64,000 nucleotides of DNA from an uncultured Thermoleophilia bacterium (GTDB lineage Bacteria; Actinomycetota; Thermoleophilia; UBA2241), in NCBI GenBank assembly GCA_963715985.1, contig CAVQSP010000013.1, positions 288,001-352,000 on the forward strand, given 5' to 3'. Under the pieces are notes generated by a model. That model searched no databases. It was not told the DNA's origin and was given only the letters and a program-made list of their open reading frames with translations. Made by a program: the position numbers and the translations under genes. Below are positions 55,024 through 64,000 of this stretch, piece after piece (position 1 is the first letter of the stretch; each line of letters starts with the position of its first letter).

Positions 55024-55848
55024 TCAGCCGTAGATCGCGAGAAAGGCGGCGGCGCTGGCGTCCTCCGCCTCACGCACGAGCCCGCGCAGCAGCGCGAGAA
55101 GGGCTTCGTCCACGCGCAGGTAGCGCTCGTCCACTCGCGCCACCGGCACGATGCCGCGCACACTGCTGGTGAGCAGCATGCCGTCGTCGGCGCGCAGGTC
55201 CGACACGCGTGCGAACGCTTCAACGACGGTGAGGCCGTGCGCGCCGCCCAGCTCCTCTACTTTGGCGCGCAGCACGCCGGGCAGGATGGCGCCTTCCGCG
55301 GGTGGCGTGACGAGCCCGCCGCCGCGCACGAGGAACATGTTGGACGTGGCGCCCTCGAACATGCGCCCGTCCTCGTCCACGAGGATGGCGTCGTCGGCGC
55401 CTGCTGCCGTGGCGGCGCGCTGGGCCAGGTAGGACTGCATGACGGTCATCGCCTTGAGCTGGGCGCGCACGCGCACGCCGGGGTAGCTGATGACCCGCAG
55501 GGGCCGGTCGGGGAACACGCGGCGGTCCATCTGGATGAGCAGGTTGGGGGCGCCGCCCGGCGACCCGGCCGTGACGAGCACGCGGCAGGCGCCGTCCGGG
55601 ATGCCGCTCTCGCGGGACACGGTGCAGATCTGCGCGGCCATCTCCGTGCGGGGGTAGGGGCGCTCGAGCCCGAGCTCCACCAGGCCGCGGTCCAGACGCG
55701 CCACGTGCTCCTCGAAGAACACCGGTACGCCGCTCACCAGCTTGAGCGTCTCGTACAGGCCGAGGCCGTGTGTGAGGGCACGGTCGGTGACGGGCAGGAC
55801 GGCCTCTTCCGCTGGCAGCACGGTGCCGTTGAGCATGAGCACGGTCAT
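55024..55848 (-). CDS. Class IV aminotransferase (PabC/IlvE-like)
   Basis: DRALTHGLGLYET, EGATSNMF, LPGVLR, TSSVRG. Confidence 0.88.
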   Translation of the reverse strand: MTVLMLNGTVLPAEEAVLPVTDRALTHGLGLYETLKLVSGVPVFFEEHVARLDRGLVELGLERPYPRTEMAAQICTVSRESGIPDGACRVLVTAGSPGGAPNLLIQMDRRVFPDRPLRVISYPGVRVRAQLKAMTVMQSYLAQRAATAAGADDAILVDEDGRMFEGATSNMFLVRGGGLVTPPAEGAILPGVLRAKVEELGGAHGLTVVEAFARVSDLRADDGMLLTSSVRGIVPVARVDERYLRVDEALLALLRGLVREAEDASAAAFLAIYG

Positions 55849-55910
55849 GGCGACAGTCTATCGCGTCGCAGGCGCGCGTTCAGCCGAGATCGTGCGCTCA
55901 CCCAGTGCGC

Positions 55911-57416
55911 TCACCCCGCGCGCTCGGCGATGCCGGCGCTCACCGCGCGCAGCATGCCGGCGGCCTTGTGCAGCGTCTCGCGGTACTCGCGTTCCGGCAC
56001 CGAGTCGGCGACGATGCCGCCGCCGACCTGCAGGAAGAGCCGGTCGCCGACCCGCACCAGAGTCCGGATGACGATGTTGAGGTCGAGGGCGTGCTCCGCG
56101 ATCCACCCGAACGAACCCGTGTACGGGCCGCGGCGCGTGGGCTCGAGCTCGTCGATGATCTCCATGCAGCGCACCTTGGGGCAGCCCGTGATGGTGCCGC
56201 CGGGGAACATGGCGCGGATGAGGTCCACCGAGTCGCGGGACGCATGCAGGTGTCCGCGCACGTTGCTGACGATGTGGATGACGTGCGAGTAGTACTCGTT
56301 GACCATGAGCTCGGAGACCCGCACCGTGCCGTACTCGCACACCCTGCCGAGGTCGTTGCGCTCGAGGTCGACCAGCATGATGTGCTCGGCGCGGTCCTTG
56401 GGATCCAGGTTGAGCTCCTCGGTGAGAGCGTCGTCCTCGGGGGTGCGGTCGCCGCGCGGGCGGGTGCCGGCGATGGGGCGCGTCTCGGCCCAGCCGTCCA
56501 GACCCAGAGAGACGAGGCGCTCCGGGGAGGACGAGATGAGCTCGTAGTCGCCGAAGTGCAGGTAGCCGGCGAACGGTGACGGGTTCACGGTGCGCAGGGT
56601 CTGGTAGAGGTGAAGGCTCGGCAGCGCGTACATGCCGTCCAGGCGCTGCGAGAGATTGGCCTGGAAGATGTCGCCGGCGAACACGTACTCGCGGGTGCGC
56701 GCCACCACGGCCTCGTAGTCGGGACGGCTGAAGTTGGAGCGGAACACCGAGAGGTCGTTGCCGTGCAGCTCGGCGGGGGCGGGCGCCCGGGAGTGTGCGA
56801 GGGCGTCCCGTACGCGCGCGGCCTCGATGCCCGCCTGGGCGTCTGAGGCGGCGAGCCGGTCCAGGAGCAGGAGCTCGCCGCTCTCGAGGTCGTAGCGCAG
56901 CAGGCGGCCGGGCACGAAGACGTCGACGTCGGGCAGGCCGAGGTCGTCGCGGGTGCTGTCCGGCAGACGCTCGAGGTAGCGGACTGCGTCGTAGGCGATG
57001 AGCCCGACGGCGGCCTCTGCCTCCGGGAAGCCCTCGAAGGCTGCCCTCGCGGGTGAGGAGCCGGGCGCGGGTGCCGTCCCGGGCGCGGCCGCCGGCGCCG
57101 GCAGGGCGGCGAGCCGCGTGAGCCCGCGCAGCGCCTCGACCGGCGCCAGGTCCGCGAGCGCGCCGGCGCGCTCCGCCAGCTCGCGCGCCGCGGCGCTCCA
57201 CGACGGGTCGGGATGCGCCTCCGCGGACACGACGCCGGCCCGAGCCCGGAGTCGCACGACGGGATCCCAGGCCAGGTAGTGCCGGCGGGCCAACTGCGGC
57301 GACCCCCCGGCGGAGTCCAGGAGGGCGACCGGCGCACATCCCTCGAGCTCGAGGGCGCGCAGCAGGGTGACGGGGTCGAGCGACGGTGCGCTCAGGCGGG
57401 TGAGGACGGGCGGCAT
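55911..57416 (-). CDS. Chorismate-binding enzyme (PabB/TrpE component I)
   Basis: [44 protein letters not shown]. Confidence 0.9.
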   Translation of the reverse strand: MPPVLTRLSAPSLDPVTLLRALELEGCAPVALLDSAGGSPQLARRHYLAWDPVVRLRARAGVVSAEAHPDPSWSAAARELAERAGALADLAPVEALRGLTRLAALPAPAAAPGTAPAPGSSPARAAFEGFPEAEAAVGLIAYDAVRYLERLPDSTRDDLGLPDVDVFVPGRLLRYDLESGELLLLDRLAASDAQAGIEAARVRDALAHSRAPAPAELHGNDLSVFRSNFSRPDYEAVVARTREYVFAGDIFQANLSQRLDGMYALPSLHLYQTLRTVNPSPFAGYLHFGDYELISSSPERLVSLGLDGWAETRPIAGTRPRGDRTPEDDALTEELNLDPKDRAEHIMLVDLERNDLGRVCEYGTVRVSELMVNEYYSHVIHIVSNVRGHLHASRDSVDLIRAMFPGGTITGCPKVRCMEIIDELEPTRRGPYTGSFGWIAEHALDLNIVIRTLVRVGDRLFLQVGGGIVADSVPEREYRETLHKAAGMLRAVSAGIAERAG

Positions 57417-57430
57417 GCGGAGCTGCGGGC

Positions 57431-58789
57431 TCAGTCCTCGCCGATGTCGTAGTCGTCGGCGCTGGGGCTGAGTGGCAGGAAGCGGGTGTAGTCCTTGTTG
57501 AAGGCGAGGCGCACCGTACCCACGCGGCCGTGTCGGTTCTTGGCGACTTTGAGCTTGACGACGCCCTTGGAGGCCGGGTCGCTGGCGTCCTCGTACAGGA
57601 ACAGGACGAGGTCCGCGTCCTGCTCGATGGCGCCGGACTCGCGGAGGTCCGAGAGATGCGGCTCGCCGCTGGCGCGCGCGTCCGGTGAGCGGTTGAGCTG
57701 GGAGACGGCGACGATGGGCACGTCCAGCTCGCGCGCCAGCTGTTTGAGGGAGCGCGAGATGTTGGCGACCTCCTGCTGGCGGTTCTCGGCCCGTGAGTCG
57801 CCGGCCATGAGCTGCAGGTAGTCGACGATGATGAGCGCGAGCTGCTGCTTGGCGCTCAGCCGCCGCGCTTTGGCGCGCAGCTCGAACATGTTGAGGTCCG
57901 ACGAGTCGTCGATGAAGATGTCGGCCTTCTCCAGGTGGCCGGCGGCCTGCACGAGCTTGGCCATGTCGTCGCCGGAGAGGCCGCCGGTGCGCAGCTTGTG
58001 GGAGCTCACGCGCGCCGACGAGCACATGAGGCGCTCGCCGAGCTCCAGGGAGCTCATCTCGAGGCTGAAGATGGCCACCGCGTGCCCGTGCTCCACGCCG
58101 ATGTTGTGGGCGATGTTGAGGGCCAGAGACGTCTTGCCGACGCCGGGACGCGCGGCGAGCACGATGAGGTTGGTCTTCTGGAAGCCGCCGGTGTAGCCGT
58201 CGATGCCGTCGAACCCGGTGGAGACGCCGCTCACGCCTTCGCCGCGCTGCATCTCCTCCAGGCGCTCGAAGTTGGCGACGAGGACCTGCTTGAGGTGCTG
58301 GAACTCGGCCACGCGGCGCTGCTGCTGGATGGCGAAGACCTTCTGCTCGCAGCGGTCGAGCAGCTCGGGGACGGTGCCCGGGTGCTGGTATCCCAGCTCC
58401 GCGATCTCGTTGCCGACCTTGATGAAGGCGCGCAGCACGCTCTGCTCACGCACGATGCCCGCGTAGTACACGGCGTTGGCCGCCGCGGGGACGAACTCGG
58501 CCAGCGTGTGCACGAACTCGCGGCCGCCGGCGCGCTCGAGCACGCCCTCCCGCTCGAGCTGCGCCGCGAGGGTGACGACGTCGACCTCTTCGCTGCGGCC
58601 CGTCAGGGTGACGATGGCCTTGAAGATGAGGCGGTGGGTGTCGCGGTAGAAGTCCTCCGCCACAAGTGACTCGGCCACCGCGGTGATGGCGTTGGGGTTG
58701 ACCAGCATGGCGCCCAGCACCGACTGCTCGGCCTCGAGGTCGTGCGGCGGAAGGTGCGTGACCGCGGTCTCGATGCGCTCGACTGCCAT
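57431..58789 (-). CDS. dnaB: Replicative DNA helicase
   Basis: [37 protein letters not shown]; no intein. Confidence 0.97.
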   Translation of the reverse strand: MAVERIETAVTHLPPHDLEAEQSVLGAMLVNPNAITAVAESLVAEDFYRDTHRLIFKAIVTLTGRSEEVDVVTLAAQLEREGVLERAGGREFVHTLAEFVPAAANAVYYAGIVREQSVLRAFIKVGNEIAELGYQHPGTVPELLDRCEQKVFAIQQQRRVAEFQHLKQVLVANFERLEEMQRGEGVSGVSTGFDGIDGYTGGFQKTNLIVLAARPGVGKTSLALNIAHNIGVEHGHAVAIFSLEMSSLELGERLMCSSARVSSHKLRTGGLSGDDMAKLVQAAGHLEKADIFIDDSSDLNMFELRAKARRLSAKQQLALIIVDYLQLMAGDSRAENRQQEVANISRSLKQLARELDVPIVAVSQLNRSPDARASGEPHLSDLRESGAIEQDADLVLFLYEDASDPASKGVVKLKVAKNRHGRVGTVRLAFNKDYTRFLPLSPSADDYDIGED

Positions 58790-58975
58790 GCCTGCTCCGG
58801 TGGTCCTCTGGGGTGACTGGGTCTCGCAGTCTACTCGCAAGACCACCCCGATGATAGCCGCCTCAGGGGACGGCTGCGAGGGTCCCGGCGAGTGCCGTCG
58901 GGAGGCGCAAACGGCGACGCCGGCGGCCTCTGGCCGCCGGCGTCGCCGGGAAGAGCTCGCGCCTCTGGCGCGGTG

Positions 58976-59422
58976 TTATTCGGGGACGACGATGGTCTTG
59001 ACCGAGGCCACGAAGCCGTCGGCGAGCTCCACGTCGATCTGGAACGTGCCGAGCTCCTTGATGGGCTCCTCGAGCAGCACCTTGCGCTTGTCGATGGTGA
59101 AGCCGCGAGCGTCCTTGATGGCGTCGGCGATGTCGGCCGCCGTGATGGAGCCGAACAGGTGACCGCCCTCGCCGGCCTTGGCGGCCACGGTGATGACGGT
59201 GCGGTTCAGCGTGGCCGTGAACTCCTCGGCCTGCGCCGCCATGCGTGACTCGCGCGCCTTGCGCTCTTCCTCGCGGCGCCGGAACTCGGCGATCTTGCCC
59301 GGCGTGGCCGGCTCGGCCAGCTTGCGCGGGATCAGGTAGTTGCGGGCGTAGCCCTTGGCGACGTTGGCGAGAGAGCCCTTGTCGCCAAGGTTCTCGACGT
59401 CCTGGAGCAGGATGACCTCCAT
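58976..59422 (-). CDS. rplI: 50S ribosomal protein L9
   Basis: MEVILLQDV..LG...GYARNYLIP, LFGSIT. Confidence 0.97.
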   Translation of the reverse strand: MEVILLQDVENLGDKGSLANVAKGYARNYLIPRKLAEPATPGKIAEFRRREEERKARESRMAAQAEEFTATLNRTVITVAAKAGEGGHLFGSITAADIADAIKDARGFTIDKRKVLLEEPIKELGTFQIDVELADGFVASVKTIVVPE

Positions 59423-59432
59423 GCAGCCCTCC

Positions 59433-59699
59433 TCAGCTGTTGACGTTGGGCAGGAGCGCCATCTCGCGGGCGCGCTTGACCGCCACGGCGACCTGGTTCT
59501 GGTGCCGCCGGCACGTGCCGGTGATGCGACGGGCACGGATCTTGCCCCGTTCTGACACAAGACGACGAAGGACCGTCAGGTCCTTGAAGTCGACCTCTTC
59601 GATGCTCTCTTCGCAGAACTGGCAGTGACGGCTGCGAGTCTGGCCGGCACCGCCGGCCTTTGGCTTCGCGCGCCGCGGCCTGGGTGGTGAAACGGGCAT
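59433..59699 (-). CDS. rpsR: 30S ribosomal protein S18 (zinc-binding type)
   Basis: [27 protein letters not shown]. Confidence 0.97.
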   Translation of the reverse strand: MPVSPPRPRRAKPKAGGAGQTRSRHCQFCEESIEEVDFKDLTVLRRLVSERGKIRARRITGTCRRHQNQVAVAVKRAREMALLPNVNS

Positions 59700-59747
59700 G
59701 CGTGTTCTCTCCTCAGAGCGCCCGGCAGGGCGCCGTGTCATCGCGAC

Positions 59748-60233
59748 TCAGAACGGGATGTCGTCGTCCGCCTCGGCGAAGTCGCCGGGCGGCGGACCGT
59801 CGAGGCCCGCGTTGTTGAAGGTGGTGCCGGCGCCGCGCGCGGTGCCGCCCTGGGGAGCGGCGTAGCCGCCTTGGCCGCCGCCCTGGCCGCCGCCCTCACG
59901 CGGGCCGATGAACTGCACCCTGTCGGCGGCGATGCTCACGGCCTCGCGCTTCTGGCCGTCCTGCGTCTCCCACTGGCGCCAGCGCAGGCGGCCGGAGACG
60001 GCCACCTGGCGCCCGCGGGCGAGGTACTGCGCGCAGGTCTCGGCCTGGCGTCCGAAGACGTCCACGGTGAAGTAGTTCGCCTTCTCCACCCACTCGCCGG
60101 TGCCCTGATCCTTGACCTGGTCGTTGACGGCGATGCGCAGGCTGCACACGCTGGTGCCGCTCGGCGTCGCCTTCAGCTCAGGGTCACGCGTGAGGTTCCC
60201 GATGACGATGACGCTGTTGATTGACCCGGCCAC
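59748..60233 (-). CDS. ssb: Single-stranded DNA-binding protein
   Basis: GNLTRDPEL; C-terminal DDDIPF. Confidence 0.97.
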   Translation of the reverse strand: MAGSINSVIVIGNLTRDPELKATPSGTSVCSLRIAVNDQVKDQGTGEWVEKANYFTVDVFGRQAETCAQYLARGRQVAVSGRLRWRQWETQDGQKREAVSIAADRVQFIGPREGGGQGGGQGGYAAPQGGTARGAGTTFNNAGLDGPPPGDFAEADDDIPF

Positions 60234-60260
60234 GGGGCCTCCCTTCGCTGGAACGGACGG

Positions 60261-60548
60261 CTAGGACTTCAGCCGGATGGTCTTGACCCGCAAGACCTCG
60301 TCGGTGATGCCCAGGACACGCTCCACCTCGGCGAGAGTCTCGGGAGTGGCCGTGAACGTGATGACGGAGTAGACGCCTTCGGTCTCTTTCCTGATCTCGT
60401 AGGCCATCTTCTTCTTGCCCCACTCGTCGATGCCGGCCACTTGGCCTTTGCCCTTCTCGACGGTGGAACGAAGACGTTCCACGATCTCCTTCTGGCGCTC
60501 CTCATCAGCGTTCGGGTTCACGATGAGCATGAGCTCGTACTTGTTGAT
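60261..60548 (-). CDS. rpsF: 30S ribosomal protein S6 (probable ATC start)
   Basis: NKYELMLI, WGKKKMAYEI, EVLR; synteny with ssb-rpsR. Confidence 0.95.
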   Translation of the reverse strand: MNKYELMLIVNPNADEERQKEIVERLRSTVEKGKGQVAGIDEWGKKKMAYEIRKETEGVYSVITFTATPETLAEVERVLGITDEVLRVKTIRLKS

Positions 60549-60605
60549 CGCGATCACCTCCTGTGGTCTGCGCGGCCCCAGCCCGTGTGCTGGAGCAGGG
60601 GTGAC
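60549..60605 (-). ncRNA. S6:S18 ribosomal protein leader (cis-regulatory RNA)
   Basis: Minus strand: CCTG / CTCCAGC-acacgg-GCTGGGG hairpin / CCG motif / CAGGAGGTG; outer stem pairs with the SD. Confidence 0.75.
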
Positions 60606-60633
60606 AAGCTGCCGTGTGACAGCATGAAGGGGC

Positions 60634-60642
60634 ACTGTACCA
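60634..60642 (-). promoter_or_regulatory. Extended -10 promoter for the rpsF operon
   Basis: TGgTACAGT on the minus strand just upstream of the leader. Confidence 0.6.
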
Positions 60643-60742
60643 GCCCCCGCCGGGTGCAGGCAAACCATAGCCCGGGGTCGGGACGGAAGGCGAGGGTGAC
60701 GCGGGGCCGCCGGCGGTGACGTTGGGGCGGCGGCCGCGGAGC

Positions 60743-61714
60743 TCAGGTCTCGGCGGCCAGACGGCTGCCCGCCGGGATGCCGGTGTCGACTTCCTGCAGC
60801 GCCAGCTCGCCGTCGCTCACGCCGCTCACGGCCCACAGGGCGGCGAGGCGCGGCAGGCCCTTCTCGTCGGAGTGCATGTGCGCGAACAGGGGCTTGACGG
60901 CGGCGAGCACGGCGCGGCCTTCGTCGCCGGCCTCGCCGAAGGCGCCGACGATCGTGTCCACGGCACGGCCCACCGAGTCGGCGCGTAGCGTCGCCATCCC
61001 GCCGATGTGTGTGTCCTCGGCGAGCAGGCGGAAGAACTCGCGCATCTCGGCGACGTGCATCTCGCCGACGACGAGGCGCCCGGGGCTCATGCGCCGTGCC
61101 TTGGCGAAGAGGGCGGGGATGTCGGTGTCGTCATCGACGCCCAGGCGTACGCAGAACGAGCGCTCCTTGAGGGCGGGGAGGTCGGGGCCGCGCTCCACGG
61201 CCACGAACCGCTCGTCCATCGAGATCAGCTCGAAGAGCGAGTTCAGCAGCGTCGACTTGCCCGTGGCCCGGTCCCCGAAGACGACGATCGTCCGCCGGTC
61301 GCCGAGCAGGCGGACCAGGCGGGCGGCCTGCCCGCCGCTGACGGTGCCGCCGTCCAGGAGGCCGCGGAAGGTGGTGGAGAGGACGCCCGGCGGCCCGATC
61401 TCTCCGGCGTACATGACGGACGTGTGCGAGTACAGCGTGGCGCGGCGGCTGACGAAGTGCTCGAGATACGCCGTGACCTGCGCCTTGAGGAGGCTGCGCA
61501 GGATCTCCAGGTGCTCGCGCGTGGTCTCCCCGAGACGAGCGCGCTCGAGGCGCGACACGGCGTCGTCGATCTCCTTGAGGAGGGCGGTCTGGACGGCGCG
61601 GAGAGCCTGGACCTGCCCGTCGGCGCGCGCCTCGCCGCCGTCGTTGAGGCCGACGCGCGCGGCGCCCGCCTCAGCGGCCCCGCCCGGGGCCTGCCCCGTT
61701 TCGTCGTCGAGCAT
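60743..61714 (-). CDS. Divergent CpaF/TadA/VirB11-like ATPase
   Basis: Walker A GDRATGKST, Walker B LVVGE. Confidence 0.75.
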   Translation of the reverse strand: MLDDETGQAPGGAAEAGAARVGLNDGGEARADGQVQALRAVQTALLKEIDDAVSRLERARLGETTREHLEILRSLLKAQVTAYLEHFVSRRATLYSHTSVMYAGEIGPPGVLSTTFRGLLDGGTVSGGQAARLVRLLGDRRTIVVFGDRATGKSTLLNSLFELISMDERFVAVERGPDLPALKERSFCVRLGVDDDTDIPALFAKARRMSPGRLVVGEMHVAEMREFFRLLAEDTHIGGMATLRADSVGRAVDTIVGAFGEAGDEGRAVLAAVKPLFAHMHSDEKGLPRLAALWAVSGVSDGELALQEVDTGIPAGSRLAAET

Positions 61715-61843
61715 GCGTCGCTCCTCGCATGGTGTGCGGTCTGCCCCACCTATCGGCAGGACGGGCGGGGGAGTCGAGCAGGAGCCGCGCGGAGCCCCGA
61801 CGAGCCGTGCTTCCCCCGGCTCCGCTGGTGGTACAGTCGCGCC

Positions 61844-62092
61844 ATGGCGACGCCCTGTGACACCGTGACCGAGCGCCTGTTCGGGGGTCTCGAGCGGCGC
61901 ACGCTCGAGCGACGCGCGACCTGCGAGCCGCCCGTGGCCGAGGCGCTCGCCGCGCGCGCCCTGCGGGGCGTGCTGGGTCTGTCCGACGGGTCCGCCGGCG
62001 TCGTCCTCGTCCACAGCCTCCACGCAGGTGACGTTGCCCCGCTGCGCGGCGGTGACGCAGTGCCCCCGTTCCTCCCGCTTGGGGGAGGGTGA
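61844..62092 (+). CDS. MoaD/ThiS-like sulfur carrier (degenerate)
   Basis: RLFGGL N-terminus, LRGGD.V..FLPLGGG C-terminus; TGgTACAGT 6 nt upstream. Confidence 0.6.
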   Translation: MATPCDTVTERLFGGLERRTLERRATCEPPVAEALAARALRGVLGLSDGSAGVVLVHSLHAGDVAPLRGGDAVPPFLPLGGG

Positions 62093-62143
62093 GCTACGGA
62101 CGGGCGCTCCGGCGAGGTCTCCGGCTCCGGCGCGGGCCACGGC

Positions 62144-62863
62144 GTGGGCTCCGGCCCCGACCGTGGCCCCCTCGCGGGCGCCAGACGCCCGCGCCGGCAC
62201 CGGTTCGCGGTGGCCATCGTCGGCTTGCTCGCGGTGGCCAGCGTGGTGTGCGTCGGCCTCTTCCTCGCGCGCATGGCCTACTCCCACACGGTCGCCTACT
62301 GGTTCCTGATGTGGAACCTGGCGCTGGCTTGGGTGCCGTTCATCTTCGCCGGTGTCGCGTACACCTTGTCCACATCGCGGCGCACGCTCACCTACGTGCT
62401 CGTGATCTGCGCCGCCCTCGTGTGGCTGGTCTTCTTCCCCAACGCGCCGTACATCCTCACCGACTTCCTCCACCTTGGCAGCATGGGCGACAGCGTGCCG
62501 GGGTGGTACGACGTCCTGATGCTCTACTGGTACTCCTGGACCGGCCTGCTGCTCGGCGTGGTCTCGCTGTACCTCATGCAGGAGATCGTCGCCCGGGGCG
62601 CGGGCCGCCCCGTGAGCTGGGTCTTCGTCGTGGCGGTGTCGCTGGCGGGGAGCATCGGCACCTACCTGGGGCGGTTCCTGCGCTGGAACAGCTGGGACCT
62701 GCTGCGGCGGCCCATGCCCTTGGCCGGCGAGCTCTTCGGCAAGGTCACGGACCCGGCGTCGCAGCCCCGGCTCCTCGGCTTCACGGTGATGTTCGCGGCG
62801 CTGTTCCTCTTCATCTACATGGCCGTGTACATCTTCGCGAAGCTCGCCAAGCCGCAGGAGTAG
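62144..62863 (+). CDS. DUF1361 family membrane protein
   Basis: WNLALAWVP, FFPNAPYILTDFLHL, YLGRFLRWNSWD. Confidence 0.88.
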   Translation: MGSGPDRGPLAGARRPRRHRFAVAIVGLLAVASVVCVGLFLARMAYSHTVAYWFLMWNLALAWVPFIFAGVAYTLSTSRRTLTYVLVICAALVWLVFFPNAPYILTDFLHLGSMGDSVPGWYDVLMLYWYSWTGLLLGVVSLYLMQEIVARGAGRPVSWVFVVAVSLAGSIGTYLGRFLRWNSWDLLRRPMPLAGELFGKVTDPASQPRLLGFTVMFAALFLFIYMAVYIFAKLAKPQE

Positions 62864-62929
62864 AGCGGCGGCTGACCCGCCTGCGCCGGCCCCTTGCCCG
62901 CTGCTGCGGCGCTGGGTACACTCGCGCGC

Positions 62930-63115
62930 ATGACCGCAGGCAACATCCCCCGCCTCATCGAGACCCTCCGCGCCACGGCCGGCGAGGACAAGCACCTCGC
63001 CTGCGCCGACGCCTTCAAGATCGCCCACGACCTCGACGTGCCGCTGGCCGAGGTCGGGCGGGCCTGCAACGAGCTGGGCATCAAGATGATGCAGTGCCAG
63101 CTCGGCTGCTTCTAG
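62930..63115 (+). CDS. Small conserved Cys-containing protein (CQLGCF family)
   Basis: LACADAF.IA...GRACNELGIK..QCQLGCF; TACACT 7 nt upstream. Confidence 0.75.
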   Translation: MTAGNIPRLIETLRATAGEDKHLACADAFKIAHDLDVPLAEVGRACNELGIKMMQCQLGCF

Positions 63116-63349
63116 AAGGCGGGCCCGTGCGGCGCGCGCGCCGCGCCGCCGCACGCCGCGATCCCGCCCGCCTCGCTCGTCACCCCCGTCCCCGCGGAAA
63201 ACTCTGTGCCAACAGTGTTTATCCCGCGTGCGCGCGGGAACAGCCTCAGTACTGAGAAGTAGTGCGTGCGGGCCCTGCGGAGGGGTGCTCCCTCCGGCCC
63301 GCTGTCGAGGTCGGGCTGCAGAGGCCGCGACCTCCGAGAGGTGAGGACG

Positions 63350-64000
63350 ATGGCGACGGTGATGAAGTCCGTGCATGTAGACGAGTACAAGATGTACGTG
63401 GGCGGGCGCTGGGTGGACGCCGACAGCGGCGAGACCACGGTGGTCGTGGACCCGTCCGCCGAGGAGGTCGTGGCGCGGGTGCCCAAGGCGGGCGTGGCGG
63501 ACGCCGAGCGCGCCGTGAAGGCCGCTCGCGAGGCGTTCGACAGCGGTCCGTGGCCGCGCCTGAAGGCGCTGGAGAGGGCTGCCGTGCTGCGCCGCGCGGC
63601 GGAGCTGCTGCGCGAGCGCGCCGAGGACCTCGCGCGCCTCGAGAGCAGGCAGATGGGCAAGCTCTACACCGAGGCCATCGTCGACGTCGCCGACGCGGCC
63701 CACACCTTCGACTACTACGCCGGCCTCGTGCTCGAGTCGGGCGGCGAGACGCTCGAGGTCCCCGGCGACACCATGAGCATGGTGGTCCGCGAGCCGGTCG
63801 GCGTCACCGTCGGCATCACGCCGTGGAACTACCCGCTGCTCATGGCCGCCTGGAAGGCCGCGCCGGCGCTGGCGGCCGGCAACGTGATGATCCTCAAGCC
63901 GGCGAGCGTCAGCCCGCTGACGTCGCTGGAGCTGGCTCGCGTCTTCGAGGAGGCCGGCCTTCCGGCCGGCGTCTTCCAGGTGCTCACGGGGCCCGGTGGA
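63350..64000 (+). CDS. Aldehyde dehydrogenase (partial, runs off window)
   Basis: YVGGRW, REPVGV..GITPWNYP, APALAAGN..ILKPA. Confidence 0.92.
   Translation, partial: MATVMKSVHVDEYKMYVGGRWVDADSGETTVVVDPSAEEVVARVPKAGVADAERAVKAAREAFDSGPWPRLKALERAAVLRRAAELLRERAEDLARLESRQMGKLYTEAIVDVADAAHTFDYYAGLVLESGGETLEVPGDTMSMVVREPVGVTVGITPWNYPLLMAAWKAAPALAAGNVMILKPASVSPLTSLELARVFEEAGLPAGVFQVLTGPGG

Noticed and set aside
60743-63703. 986-aa minus-strand ORF
   Set aside because: Only 60743-61714 has real motifs; the rest is antisense to plus-strand genes

Overview
Very GC-rich bacterial chromosomal segment. The style (TANNNT leaderless promoters, GTGA overlaps, rubredoxin, FTR) suggests an anaerobic or facultative Actinomycetota such as Thermoleophilia/Coriobacteriia; this is an inference. 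It carries housekeeping genes (ddl, aroA, purA/B/C/D/E, pabB/C-like, dnaB, rplI-rpsR-ssb-rpsF, rsgA, mscL, sod), a wbpA/B/D-like sugar cluster, a redox cluster and amine-related genes. The main result is two methylamine methyltransferase genes, mttB (18672-20141) and mtbB (24515-25900). Each has one in-frame TAG at the position where characterised homologues carry pyrrolysine, while about a dozen other genes here still end in TAG. This points to a pyrrolysine-expanded, dual-meaning amber code; no pyl or corrinoid genes were seen in this window. Other oddities: a family of pilin-head-like 'WPxNPWT' domains on non-pilin anchors, three GTGA-coupled mini-ORFs after purC, a leader-peptide attenuator candidate before rsgA, and a probable ATC start for rpsF. 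Many single-base frameshifts, even in core genes, suggest long-read indel errors. All calls come from motif recognition by eye; no searches were run.
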